Part shown: piece by piece, positions 22,901 to 33,330 of the stretch
How positions within the stretch are numbered: the first letter of the stretch is position 1
How the letters are laid out: each line of letters starts with the position of its first letter
Assembly (NCBI RefSeq): GCF_006345805.1
Contig: NC_043010.1
Location: 47,802,001 to 47,866,000, forward strand
Length of the DNA stretch: 64,000 bases
Source of the DNA: Octopus sinensis
Taxonomy: Eukaryota
Direction: 5' to 3'
Position numbers and translations under genes: made by a program
Notes under the pieces: generated by a model
What the model was told of the DNA's origin: nothing
The model's input: the letters and a program-made list of their open reading frames with translations, nothing else
The model's database searches: none

Positions 22901-25900
22901 TTCTCATAAACAATGAACTGCCATCTTCAGGTTTCTATGCTGGCTTAGACTGGATGCAATAGAGCATCTAAGTACCTAGACCATGTATTGTATTGCATGA
23001 GGTTTTCAAATCTGGATGCCTGGGTTGACAAAATACATCAGGTGGGATTTTTTTTAACGACACTTGCACTAAAGAATTTTACTGACTTAGAGGTGGCTTA
23101 ATAAGCATTTCTGATGTAAGTATAAAGCATTGGAGCTCAAACAAAGAAGTGATGTGAATTTATAAATTTTAAAGTGGTATCACATGTTGAGAACTACAAC
23201 AATGAAAACAAGGTCACGGATGCAATTCAACAGCAAAAAAAAAAAGACAAGAAAAATTATCAAGACATAATCACATGGCATAATTCTATGAATTCTTAGA
23301 CTGGTTGAAACAATAGATTTATAGTGGGAGTGAAGGAAAATGATAACTTGTGGTTATTACCTAAGAGGGAATAATAGAAGCAAACAAATTTCAAGACAAT
23401 TCAATGGATTGAATTCATTGTGAATTAACTATCATATCAAGACTTAAACAGTTCATATAGCTTAATACTTGACCAGAGAAAGGATGAATCAATGAGAAAA
23501 ACTCAATCTGCAAGAAATAACACCTAAATCTCTCTTAAACTCCTACTATATATATATATATAAAGGAAACACATGGTCCTAAAAGTTACTGCTTGAAGAA
23601 AAAAAATGGATGACCATACATGAAATAGCTTTACTCAGTTGAGACTAACTTGTGGCTAAACAACAAAGCATTTTTTCCTGCTGAACATCAGTTAATTAAA
23701 ATGATCTACTACTATTACTATTAATAATAATAAATGCTCTGATGCATTACCAAGCAGTGGCTTATCATATACGTTGTTTTGTCTTCGTATAAAAAATGGG
23801 CTACAGCAAATAGTCTGCTCAATACCACAGATTTGGAACAAACTGCCGGCATCAGTTGTTGGAGCACTGCATCCTTCAAAACTTCCATGCTTTCTGAGAT
23901 TCGCCAACGCTACACCTGATTTTTCTCCCCTCCATACACACACAAGCATGTACCTGACTCATGCATTGTTCGCTTTCCAGACATTTGTACACTACTGCAT
24001 GTGCTTTATATGCACTGTCTGACAAGTTGTGGTGCACCTGAGCACTGTATACAATAATTTCATTATTATTATTATTATATCTTGTCAGTTGTTTGACCTT
24101 AACCAGTTGAGCATGTCCCTTAGTGGCTGACGATACGTGCATCTCTGATAACAAGCAGAAGTTGTGTGTGAGCATTATAGCCGCATGTTGAAAGGAATTC
24201 TTTGGGGTTTGAATAATTCACCTTTGGAAACATGGGTGTTTTGTTCAACATCCTTAAACAACCCTTATTCAGGGGAAATTCTAACTGGGCCCCACCTGCA
24301 TTGTCATGTGCTGTGTATCTTATATGAGACCACCAATGTCGTGCACATATGGTTGTGATGCATGTGCCTGATGTACCCTTATCAGACGAGTTGTCATGAT
24401 AGGTATATTGGGCTTTGTATATTTTACCCGTGTCATTTTGATGGCATGCACTACTCTCTCATTCAATAATAATAATAATAATACAACAGCAAAGAATATA
24501 AGTTCAAACTCTGCTATTTGCATTTCACTATAAACTTATCTGATCTAGTTAGCACTTCTACTTGATGGCTGTAGTGACTGATATTAAAAAAAGACCTTTC
24601 AGCTGTAATAATCTTACTAATAATAAATGCAAACATTTGAATTTTATAGTTATTCAAAGCCATGCCAAGGTAGAAAACAGACACAAAATGGTAAGTTGGG
24701 AATGAGAGAGTGTATAGTCATTATTCATTCTTAATTATTTCTAAAATACTATGTACAAAAATAAATTTACATGTATTTCTAAAAATTAAAAAAAAATCAT
24801 GTTTTTACAAACACACACATAGAAAGAAAGAAAGAAAAATATAAATGCTTAGCTCTCAAAACATCACCAAAGTACAGTAAGCTTTAACCCTTTCGTTACT
24901 AACCCGGCTGAAACCGGCTCTGGCTCTGTAGTACAAATGTCTTGTTTTCATAAGTTTTGAATTAAAATCTTCCACCAAACCTTAGTCACAATTAATGTTC
25001 CTAGCACTAGATTAATGATGACTAAGTTATTTTACTAAATTCTTTGTTATATTTAAAATAATTGAGAGAAAAACAGAGAATCTCAAAATAAATACAGTAA
25101 TGAAAGGGTTAATTTAACTCTAAAAGTAAATTCTTTAAATTTAAAAAGCGAACAGAAATGAAATTCAGAGATTACAGGAGAATGGTTGGAAACAGGATTG
25201 ACCCTTAGGCCCAAAATTTTCTACCCGTTTAATGTTTAAACTGGCCAGATCTGACCTCTCATACCTATCCAACAATGTGATTAAATACATAAACAATCAC
25301 ACCATTGAAATCTCAAAGCTACAACACAATGCATGATTAATTCAAATCAATGTGAATAAATATATATTATATCTGACAGTTAAGCTGAATGCCAAAGGGT
25401 TAAGCAAAACACCATTAAATGACAACCAATCTTAATCCTTACAGTTTTAAAAGAATAAATAAATTAAATTTGTATCTTCACTCATTAAACAATGGAAAGA
25501 GAGCTAACTCAAAAGCAAACTTTTGTTTTATAATTCTTCCAATATCTAGATCCAAGCATAACTAGATTAGACTACAATTTATATTGCTAAATATTTTCCA
25601 AACCACATGCTCCTGGGTTCAGTCCTACTATGTGGCACCTTGGATAAGTGCCTTCTACTATAGCCTTGGGCTGACCAAATCCTTGTGAGTGGATTTGGTA
25701 GACAGAAACTGAAAGAAGCCCATCATATACAGATATGCATATATATAGTGTGTGTGTCTTTGCGTCTGTGCTTGCTCTCACAGCATTTAGTGGTTTGACA
25801 AAATAGAATGAGAACTAGCCTTTAAAACAAAAAGTCTTGGGTTTGATTTGTTTGACTAAAACTCTTCAAGGCAATGCCCCAGCATGGCCACAGTCAAATT

Positions 25901-28900
25901 ACTGAAACAAGTAAAAGATAAACGATACAAGATCTTCCATGAAACTAGCCAATATTATTAACAGGAATTTCTCAGACTCAGAGAGATAAAAGTGGTATAA
26001 AATTAATATCAAATTTTGAGTAATCTAAAGAAAGAAACTGCACTCAAAACTCTTTCCATTTAGACACTGAAATAAGAGTTGACGGATATTCAGAAAGTTT
26101 AAAGTAAAATTAATCTCGAGGCTGTTGGAGTAAACAGGAAACAAGTCTCCAAAGCACCACAAAGGGACTAACAATTATTTAGAAGAATAACATTACAAGA
26201 ATTTCATTCAACTTACTTCAGATTCCTTTTTTTTAGCACCGTGATTATCTTTTTTTGTCTTTTTCACTGGTTTCTTACTCTGTAAGCCAAACAAAGTATT
26301 TAATCTTAGAAACAATAAAGGAGAAAAAAAGGAATTAGATAATCAATAAAGAGAGCAAAACATTTTTCTTGTGCAAATATTGGAAAAACAACGATAGAAG
26401 CCAGCTCATTCAGAGGAAAATTATTCTATAGAAACAAAGCAAATACTTGAATTATTTCTTTTTATTCTAGATAACCAGATAATAATCACACACACATACA
26501 CACACCCAATCTGCAATTCAGAGGAAGATAGATCTCAATGACTAAGCTTTCAAGACATCCCTCTCAGTATTAGATCCATAGAAAGGTTGCAATTACAGTT
26601 TTGAAATTCTTGATGCTAGTATTTTGACAACAGTATACCTCTTTCTATTACAAGCAACTTATTTTAAAGCAGTTATTGTTGTGGTAACTATTATCAATGT
26701 AAGAAGAGTAAAATATCTAAAAGTGAATGTACGTAGTTCAAACTGGTATCTTTAATACAGGTAGGTGGTTCTCAACCATTTTTTTTTTTTAATTTTACCT
26801 AAGGGCCCCTTTGATTCTTATTTTATCTGGTGGACCTCCAAAGCCATTCAATGTTTCTAGATATTTCTTTCAAAATTCCTATTTTGCTTTCCACACGTTA
26901 ACTCGTGTAGGCTGAACTATGTAAAACATTAGAGAAAGAAACCTAGCTGTTTCTTGCAATAAATACATCAAAAGCAAAATGTTTCCATAGACCCTTAATA
27001 TACAACTGCGGGTACCCAATTTACTGCTTTGCTTGCACAGACCCCCAAAAATCTTATATGGACCCAAGGGGTCATACGGACCCTGGTTGAGAATCCCAGA
27101 TGTAGATCAATTTGGTAGACATACATTCATCATAAATTTTCAAGGAGCACAAAACATTTCATCAACTGCAAGATTATAATATTTTTCTACATTACACACT
27201 TAAATTTTTAAAATTCATTGACTAGTTATTTAGAATAATTATAAATAGTAACCAACAGCTAAGGACTATCGAGTATTTTTGAGCTTGAAGAGGCTAGCAT
27301 ATGTTTTTCACAACTTTACAATAGTGTTCCATAAATTATTTGCTTGAAACTTGTTTCTACACAAATTTGTCAACAACAGTAAACAATCACATAACTGTAA
27401 AGTAGAATCCAATGTCAATGAAACAGAATCAAGAAGGAGCACAACAATAGCTGTACTTAACCTCATGTGGTCACAGCTGTTTGATTAGTAGAGCAGTACT
27501 TTAGTCTAACAGCCATGTTATAATAAAAAAAAGTGAAGAAACATGCTTCTACTAACCTTTGATGATTGTTTAACTCGCGACTTTTTTCGTGGAGGACTCA
27601 TTGACTAGAATTTTTTTTAAAGAATTAAAAAAAAGAACAAAACACATCATGAATTCCTTAATTAAATGTAAAGTCTAGATGTAGTAGATAAATAAAAGGA
27701 GTGTTAAGGTATTCAACCTTTCATGAAGATTTAAATAACAGGGAGAATAAATTATTTAAATAACAAGGATATTATTTAAATAATTAGTTCCAAATGAGAA
27801 TTAGAACCTGGTATAGATTTTACCCATTGACCCTTTAGGATTTAATCTGGCCATATCCAGCCCAAATATTCTACATGTTCTATGATAAAACTAACCAGAT
27901 CCTGACTCTCACACCTATCTTACAATATCTTTCTAAAAATATACAAACACACATTTGAAATCTCAAAGCCACAAGATAATGCACGATTAATTCAAAATGA
28001 CGTGAATAAATAAGCAACACATTTGACAGTAATCTGAATGTTAAAGGGTTAAGACCTGACCAAAATGTCATGTCATGTCATATTTATGAGCAATGAGAAA
28101 TAGAAGCTGTAACATGCTTTCCTACAGAAATTGAGAGAAACAGGCAAAACAGTTCCAGCAGATAGCAGAAACAAAAGTAATGTCTAAATTCAGTCTGTGT
28201 CATACAGCTGATTTCTCTCAACTAGGCACTAAGTTTAAATCTATAGAGCAGCTAGTATGTTAATGGTATTTTTAATTTATCAATAACCAGAATAAGTTTG
28301 CTTCCCAATCATGTGGTTTTGGGTTCAGAACCACTGTGCAGCATGTTAGGTGTCTTCTACTTAAGGCAACTAAAGCTTTGTGAGTCAATTTGGTAGAGGA
28401 AAATAGAAAGAGCGAGAGAGAGAGAAGCACAACTTTTACATTTGTGTTCAACAAAAACTGTGAATGGTGCTTGTGGCATTGTTGCTTCTCCTGTCAACAA
28501 ACTGTCTTCCACTTCACACATTGGAAGACACATGAAATAATAGATAAGTGTTGGCAACAGGAAGGGCATTGGATGTAGTATGGAAAAACGGACATAAAGC
28601 AAATAAACAAATGACTTCCACCCACCCCTCTTAATAGGTGTTGGATGTGCTGGTGGTTTCTCTCACCCACTTCTTCCTTGACTGTACGTAGTAGTTACTG
28701 CTCACTGCTAGATAGTTCCTTGACTTCACACCCACAAGTCCACTGAAGACAAATTGTCCAGCTTCCTAACAATGACTATTTCACCAAGCCCTATTTATCA
28801 TTGGAGCTTTCACAAACTACTCCAACTGGCCAACATGTTCCATGATATGTGATTTTTCTCAATGGTTTTAATTCTGCTGTCTACTTTTTGTGTAGACAAA

Positions 28901-31140
28901 TGTCATTATTTTACGGCTTATGAAATACCCGGATGAAAAGTGTATCCTCAATTGCTAATCTAGTGGGGAAACTACCATGCCCCTCCGATATGTAATCTTA
29001 ATAGTATGTGTGTGAACTAGAATATATATTTAAAAATATACCTGGTAGATGGCAGAATCGAAATACCTGAGGGTATTTGGTTACATCCCTCGGTGGAATT
29101 CTGGTTTAAGCACCTGTTTGGAATTCTCAGAAAATTTTTGCAAATCTGTTCTTCACACAGGAATTCATACGAAATCCTAAAAGTTGTACTCTTTTTTTAA
29201 TCTTTTTTTAATTAAGAGTTTAAAATATGGACAGTGCAATTTTTTTTATTGAAACCCAGCGATGGACTACCCTTGGGTGCATCATCATTCTTATGAAAAG
29301 TGTTTATCAGGAGAAAATATTGAAAAATATCAATGCATGTCAGAATGACAATGAAATTAGGAAAGTATTAGGTGGTGATGAGCAGTGTTAAAAATAACAG
29401 CTAAATTGCCCTTAAATCACATGCACCTTTTTTTCTATAATTGTATGAATTCACATGTGTAGAAGACAAATTTGCAAAAATTTTCTAAAAATTCCAAAAA
29501 GGTTATAAGGGGTTATATGGGGTGTGTTAAACCAGAATTCTGTCCATCCCTCTATACTCCAAATACAAATACTGCTCAAGTCTACCTTTCATCCACCTGT
29601 AGTGGATAATATCCTAGAAGGCAATGCTCCAGCTTAGCCACCAATGAGAGAAACCAGTAAAAGAATAAAATGATAGTTTCTCAGAGAATAACAAATTCAG
29701 CTTAGGACAGGGTAAAGATAGTGCTGCAAACAGTTTTGGACTCAGCATTTGCAAGCTTGTGCTGTGTATATTAAACTACTTGCACAAAGAATCTACTTTT
29801 ACTTTAAAAAGAAAAAGAGTGCATACTTCATGGCTGCACCAATTCAAGGATATGTAACATGCATCACTCAGTACACATTTAATTCAAAGTATCCTTAACC
29901 AGAGATGCTGCTCTCTCTCTCTTAGACTTAACCCTTTTGATACCAACCCAGCTGAAACCGCCTCTGGCTCTGTAGTTCAAATGTTTTGTTTTCCATAAGT
30001 TTTGAATTAAAATCTTCTACCAAACTTTAGTCACAATTTATGTTCCTGACACTAGCTTAATGATTACTAAGTTATTTTAATAAATTCTTTGTTATATTTA
30101 AAATTAATTGAAAGAAACGCAGAGTATCTCAACAGAAATATGGTAACAAAAGGGTTAAGTAACTTCTTGCGAAAGTCTTATTGGCTATATACAGACCGGC
30201 CAACAACTTTGCTGCATTTGACTGGGAACAAATTACACCTAGCTATAATGGGAGGTGAATTTAGTGGAGAAAACTTAAGGAGCACAGAGAGAAGCAAAGA
30301 TGAAGGGGAAAGTTGTACAGAAACTAAAACAGATTAGTAGCGTGAACTGGAAATCAATTATGAGATCGCATAAATAGTTCAAACACATAGAAGGCCAACA
30401 AAGGAGCCTCTACACAGCCACTCAACCTGCTGGAAGTAGTACCAAATTTTACTGAAATCATGCTCTATTATCTTAAATACAAAAGAAGTATACTGGATAA
30501 TGTAGTCAGAGATATTTGAGGGGGTCCAAAAGCTCCCTGGCTTTAAGGGTATTGCCAAAAGCCCGGTTGGAAGCCTAACCTTCTGAGTTCTTTTTACAGG
30601 GTTTAGAAAAACTGAAGATCCACAGTGTGTGAATCTGAGAAGGGAATATGTTGAATAAAATCATAATTAACAGACCCTCCTGTATTTTGTTTTACTCAAA
30701 GCCAGGAACTTTTCAGCACCCCTTCATCTAAAAAGACAGGATGGTCATGGGCTGGAATATTTGATCAAGGATAACTTAAACAATAACACATACAAAGACA
30801 TGAATTTATACACTGATACATAAATATAGAAGAAGGAAAAAAAAGAGATACCCTAGATTCTGGTTCTGAATTATCTGAAGGTTTATCTTCTTCATCGTCG
30901 GACTGGTCACTGAGACCATTGCTCGTAGACTTTCCTTTTGGAGACAGCCGACTGTCGTTGTCAGCTTCATCTGAAGACGACTCACCATCTTCTTCATCCT
31001 CCTCATCTTCATCTCCCCCACCATCATCATCGTCATCCTCATCTTCCTGTTGACTGTCGTCATCTTCTTGTTTATCTGCTTCTTGTTCTTCTTCATCTTC
31101 ACTTATCAAATCCATGAGTATTTTATCTATTTCTTTTTTC
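9701..31140 (-). CDS. spp27: Uaf30/Spp27-like DEK-C + SWIB/MDM2 domain protein, 5'-partial spliced CDS: complement(join(9701..9771,12178..12232,13086..13145,13534..13604,15637..15676,22677..22760,26217..26279,27557..27604,30852..31140))
   Basis: Nine exons with canonical AG/GT sites and matching phases (781 nt = 1 + 260 codons including stop). The translation runs KKEIDKILMDLI (DEK-C end), acidic tract, LDDEELAKKLQEEENNFRSRPR, then SKPCILSGELAVVMGTDRMARKDVVKSMWKIVKERELEDPKNKQFMICDEQLQKVFGRKRVRTFGMMKHLKNHIKD (SWIB). The architecture matches fungal Uaf30/Spp27 and invertebrate homologues such as Drosophila Non2 (recalled, not searched). Confidence 0.92.
10732..11753 (-). mobile_element. Internally deleted piggyBac transposon
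   Basis: TTAA on both sides (10728..10731, 11754..11757), TIRs CCCTTTCGTTAC / GTATCGAAAGGG and a transposase N-terminus inside; CpG-rich relative to the window. Confidence 0.88.
11055..11529 (-). pseudogene. piggyBac (PGBD-type) transposase 5' fragment
   Basis: Track ORF 11101..11529 reads GPSHRL..ALDYFFLLF..LFEIITAETNRYA..WFPTTLNEIK. After a 1-nt frameshift it continues AINIIMGIRKLPRITN, then the element is deleted. Confidence 0.85.
12178..12232 (-). CDS. spp27: Coding exon, 55 nt, SWIB (DPKNKQFMICDEQLQKVF + G)
   Basis: Acceptor caatttctctttcag|GAT, donor TTG|gtaata; hallmark DPxNKxxIxCDxxLxxVF. Confidence 0.95.
12537..12737 (-). mobile_element. SINE family B copy with a long target-site duplication
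   Basis: Reverse complement of the family B consensus; about 26-29 bp direct repeat on both flanks. Confidence 0.85.
13086..13145 (-). CDS. spp27: Coding exon, 60 nt, SWIB (MARKDVVKSMWKIVKERELE)
   Basis: Acceptor cattatttttag|ATG, donor GAA|gtaagt; RxxVVKxxWxxIKE motif. Confidence 0.94.
13534..13604 (-). CDS. spp27: Coding exon, 71 nt, start of SWIB domain ((A)RVSIYSKPCILSGELAVVMGTDR)
   Basis: Acceptor ttctacttcacag|CC, donor AGA|gtaagt; matches the SWIB LSxELAxVxG motif. Confidence 0.92.
13848..13912. repeat. (GA)n microsatellite
   Basis: About 32 uninterrupted GA units, directly visible. Confidence 0.95.
14366..14931 (+). mobile_element. CR1-clade LINE 3' end (5'-truncated)
   Basis: DINRLEAVQRHTTKRIP..LKLRRLAADL..THGHVYKVRKQHSSHDFRKHFFTLRIAEVWNKLP..ASFK is a CR1 ORF2 C-terminus; 3' UTR and (ATT)n tail follow. 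Confidence 0.88.
15637..15676 (-). CDS. spp27: Coding exon, 40 nt (APPKKERKQKDGK + G)
   Basis: Acceptor ttgttttttccag|GCA, donor AAG|gtatgt. Supplies exactly the phase 0 to 1 shift needed between its neighbours. Confidence 0.88.
18730..19150 (-). mobile_element. Highly decayed RTE LINE RT fragment
   Basis: Minus-strand remnants resemble the FVDLEKAFD..WSLRK..V.V blocks; many stops. Confidence 0.4.
19683..20019. mobile_element. hAT-family MITE with a perfect 8-bp target-site duplication
   Basis: TIRs caatggttctcaacc / gattgggaaccactg; CTCTAAAT at both 19675..19682 and 20020..20027. Confidence 0.82.
20328..20690 (+). mobile_element. SINE family C with internal tandem repeats
   Basis: Same organisation as 3875..4242. 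Confidence 0.85.
21276..21347 (+). pseudogene. tRNA-Ser(GCT) pseudogene lacking the anticodon 5' arm
   Basis: GACGAAGTGGCCTAGTGGTTAAGGC/TAATCCATTGGGGTCTCGCCATGTGAGTTCAAATCTCATCCTCATCA aligns to metazoan tRNA-Ser-GCT (GACGAGGTGGCCGAGTGGTTAAGGCGATGGACTGCTAATCCATTG...GGTTCGAATCCCATCCTCGTCG). It has a 10-nt deletion and mostly transition changes; a TTTTT run follows at about 21354. Confidence 0.8.
21372..21730 (+). mobile_element. tRNA-derived SINE family A (octopus OK-like; name tentative)
   Basis: ggcgtaggagtggctgtgtggtaag (A box) ... gaaactgaaagaagccc (TG)n ... cagcatggcc.cagtc..atgactgaaacaagtaaaagag tail. Confidence 0.88.
21851..22329. mobile_element. ~480-bp non-autonomous DNA transposon (Tc1/pogo-like ends CACTGTGTAAC)
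   Basis: Colinear with 44262..44743; an internal piece is reversed at about 24085..24230. Confidence 0.6.
22677..22760 (-). CDS. spp27: Coding exon, 84 nt (LDDEELAKKLQEEENNFRSRPRSVKKTP)
   Basis: Acceptor cttcttaattcag|TTA, donor CCA|gtaagt. Carries the DEELAxxLQxEE..R motif typical of Uaf30/Spp27-family linkers. Confidence 0.92.
23833..24078 (+). mobile_element. CR1 LINE 3' tail fragment
   Basis: tggaacaaactgccggcatcagttg... through the (ATT)n tail, same family as 14366..14931. Confidence 0.85.
24888..25108. mobile_element. TTAA-flanked piggyBac-type MITE (family P1)
   Basis: TTAA-CCCTTTCGTTAC ... GTAATGAAAGGG-TTAA. Confidence 0.78.
25595..25930 (+). mobile_element. SINE family A
   Basis: Head, (TG)n and tail match 42112..42506. 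Confidence 0.8.
26217..26279 (-). CDS. spp27: Coding exon, 63 nt (SKKPVKKTKKDNHGAKKKESE)
   Basis: Acceptor ttggcttacag|AGT, donor GAA|gtaagt; phase 0/0, Lys-rich. Confidence 0.85.
26762..27100. mobile_element. hAT-family MITE (same family as 19683..20019)
   Basis: ggtggttctcaacc ... ggttgagaatcc; shares the internal gagaaagaaacctagctgtttcttgcaa block. Confidence 0.72.
27557..27604 (-). CDS. spp27: Coding exon, 48 nt (SMSPPRKKSRVKQSSK)
   Basis: Acceptor aattctag|TCA, donor AAG|gttagt; phase 0/0, open and basic (NLS-like). Confidence 0.75.
27831..28048. mobile_element. TTAA-type MITE family P2
   Basis: ccctttagga..ctggccatatccagccc..gaaatctcaaagc.acaagataatgca..gttaaagggttaa. Further copies at about 25202-25399, 31860-32056, 34791-35051, 37410-37607, 56036-56248 and 57775-57985. 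Confidence 0.65.
29096..29540. mobile_element. MITE-like element with ~75-bp imperfect terminal inverted arms
   Basis: 29096..29169 (gaattctggtttaa..ttggaatt..agaaaatttttgcaaat..gaattcata) pairs with 29444..29540. Confidence 0.6.
29932..30154. mobile_element. TTAA-flanked piggyBac-type MITE (family P1)
   Basis: TTAA-CCCTTTTGATAC ... GTAACAAAAGGG-TTAA; internal match to 24888. Confidence 0.78.
30516..30726 (+). mobile_element. Mariner-derived MITE (~210 bp)
   Basis: Ends gagggggtccaaaagctccctggcttt / aaagccaggaacttttcagcacccc; second copy in reverse at 59636. Confidence 0.7.
30852..31140 (-). CDS. spp27: Coding exon, 289 nt: DEK-C C-terminal helix plus Asp/Glu-rich tract
   Basis: Acceptor tttatttatttttcag|G, donor AGG|gtatct. 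Translates (x)KKEIDKILMDLISEDEEEQ...SEPESR and coincides with track ORF 30765..31115. Confidence 0.93.
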
Positions 31141-31550
31141 CTGAAAAATAAATAAATAAAAGGATATTCTAACTGAAAATACTGCCAACAATTACGTTCT
31201 CAAAACCTTACCTATCACACCAACATTAGTGATGTTACCAGTCCCACCACATCCCTACTGCCATACATCCTGTCACAGCAACATTCTAATCTCTTCACAT
31301 TATTTGAAATAAGAGTTGTTCCTATAAAAAAAACATCTCCAACAGCTCACTTAAGAATATGTGAAGACTAAAATATATTGCAGCCTTTGGAATAAATATC
31401 AAACATCTGAAGCAGGAGGCAGTACAATCCTATACACAACACCTGTATGCTACATCTACTAAAATAAAACTGCCAAACTGCAATATTTTATCAAAATCAG
31501 AGAGGCTCAATTTTTTTCAATTCACTACTGCTTTGGCTTACATTCTATAC

Positions 31551-31698
31551 CAGTCATGGGAAAACTGAGGTCCATGAGACATCCTGAATGGCATGCCTAA
31601 CGAAAAATTACCTTGAAATTTTTTTAGCGATGTAGCCCATCTGATAAATCTGCCAGGTCTCATGCAGCCTACTTCTCAAAAAAGGTTGTACATGCCCG
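31551..31698. mobile_element. Short hAT-type MITE
   Basis: Ends cagtcatgggaaaact / aggttgtacatgcccg; flanks ttctatac / ctcaatac match at 6 of 8. Related reversed pieces at 17519..17627 and about 52560..52660. Confidence 0.55.
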
Positions 31699-32319
31699 CT
31701 CAATACCTTATCTTTAGTGTGCCACTAATGTATTGCACAAGTTCCAGGTTGGGAAGCACATGACACTACCAAAGATAATAACGACACACAAAATTTCAAA
31801 GTGGCAACATTAGCACAAATGTCCACTTAGGAATGTTTGGGCTCACAATGTCCCCTTAACCCTTTAGCATTCATATTTTTGTTGAGTGTAATACTTATTC
31901 ATTCATTATTTTAAATTAATCATGCATTACCTTGTAGCTTTGAGATTTTGATGACATGATTGTTTATTGTGTTTAATGTGAGAAGCCAGAATTGACTGGT
32001 TTGCATATAAAACAAGAATATTTGAGTCGGATATGGCCAGTCTAAATGCTAAATGGTTAAGCAATTCCAATACAAGATGGTAGTGTCTACTTTCAAAAAC
32101 CAATCTAGGGGCTCCATAAAACTGCTTCCAGTAAAAGCAAAAGCAATTAGTTTGAGAACAAAGTAGCATCTGTGTGGTCATTGTCCCTGTGTAAAATATC
32201 AACTAAATTTTCCTAAGAATAACACCCTATCATCTTGGAAAAGGGAAAATAAGACAAAATAATCCTGCTTGATTGGGGTTCAACTAAAAGAACAACGAAA
32301 GTGCTTTAGAATTATATAA

Positions 32320-33330
32320 TTGCTCAACTGGAACTTACTGTTATTAATCCCAAAAGGATGAAAGGCAAGGTGAACCTCAGTGGAATTTGAACTCAGAACA
32401 TAAAAATTGAGGAACTGTTGCTAAGTATTTTGTCCAATGTGTTAATAATTCAGTCAGCTCATTGCCTTAATAATAAGGATTTCAAATTTTGAGACAAGGC
32501 CAACAATTTCAGGGGCAAAGTTAAGTCAATAACATCAACACCAGTTCTCAACTGGTACTTCATTTTTTTTTTTTTTATCCCAAAAGGATGAAAGGCAAAA
32601 ATTGACCTTGGCAAAATTTGAACTCGGGACATTTTGCCCAGCATGCGAATGATTCTGCCAGCTCGCCACCTTAATAATAATCCTTTCTGTTAAAGGCACA
32701 AGGCCTGAAATCTGGGGAGAGGAGTAAGTTGATTACATCAACCCTAGTGCATAACTGGTACTTATTTCATTGACCCTGAAAGGCAAAGTCAACCTTGGTA
32801 GAATTTGAACTCAGAACACGAAGACAAATAAAATACCACTAAATATTTTGCCCGACATGCTAACGATTCTGCCAGCTCCCCACCTTTAATAATAATAGTA
32901 GTAGAAATCTTGAGTAATTAGAGAGTGACTATGACTTATTAGGCAATACAAAAGACAGCTGGTTTAGTCCGTGTTGAGTAAACCTAACTGATTGGAATTG
33001 CTGAAGAATTTGTCTAAAGGTATTTAAATGAATGACTAGCACAGGAAAATAGCAAGAATATCAACAATGTGAAATCAACTGTCCCAAGAGAACAATACTG
33101 AATTAAGAAATTATTTAAAATTTTAGCACAAGGCCAGCAATTTTATGGGGAAGGGATTAGTTGATTACATTGACCCCAGTGCTCAACTGGTCCTTATTTT
33201 ACTAACCCTGAATGGATGGAAGGCAAAGGAGACCTTGGCAGAATTTGAACTCAGAATGTAAAGTTTCAGAAGAAGAAATGCTGCTAAGCATTTTGTTGAA
33301 TTCACTAATCATTCTGCAAGCCCACCAGTA
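32320..33330 (-). mobile_element. Cluster of four SINE family B copies (three in tandem plus one at ~33120)
   Basis: Repeated gatgaaaggcaa..gacct.gg..gaatttgaactcagaa, separated by ccttaataataa. Confidence 0.82.

Noticed and set aside
9772-30851. Intronic C/D-box snoRNAs (plausible for a nucleolar host gene)
   Set aside because: By eye I found no RTGATGA...CTGA pair with a terminal stem on the host strand; snoscan or Infernal would be needed to exclude them.
31210-31290. GTAAG donor 70 nt upstream of the acidic exon
   Set aside because: An in-frame stop lies immediately upstream in the required phase.
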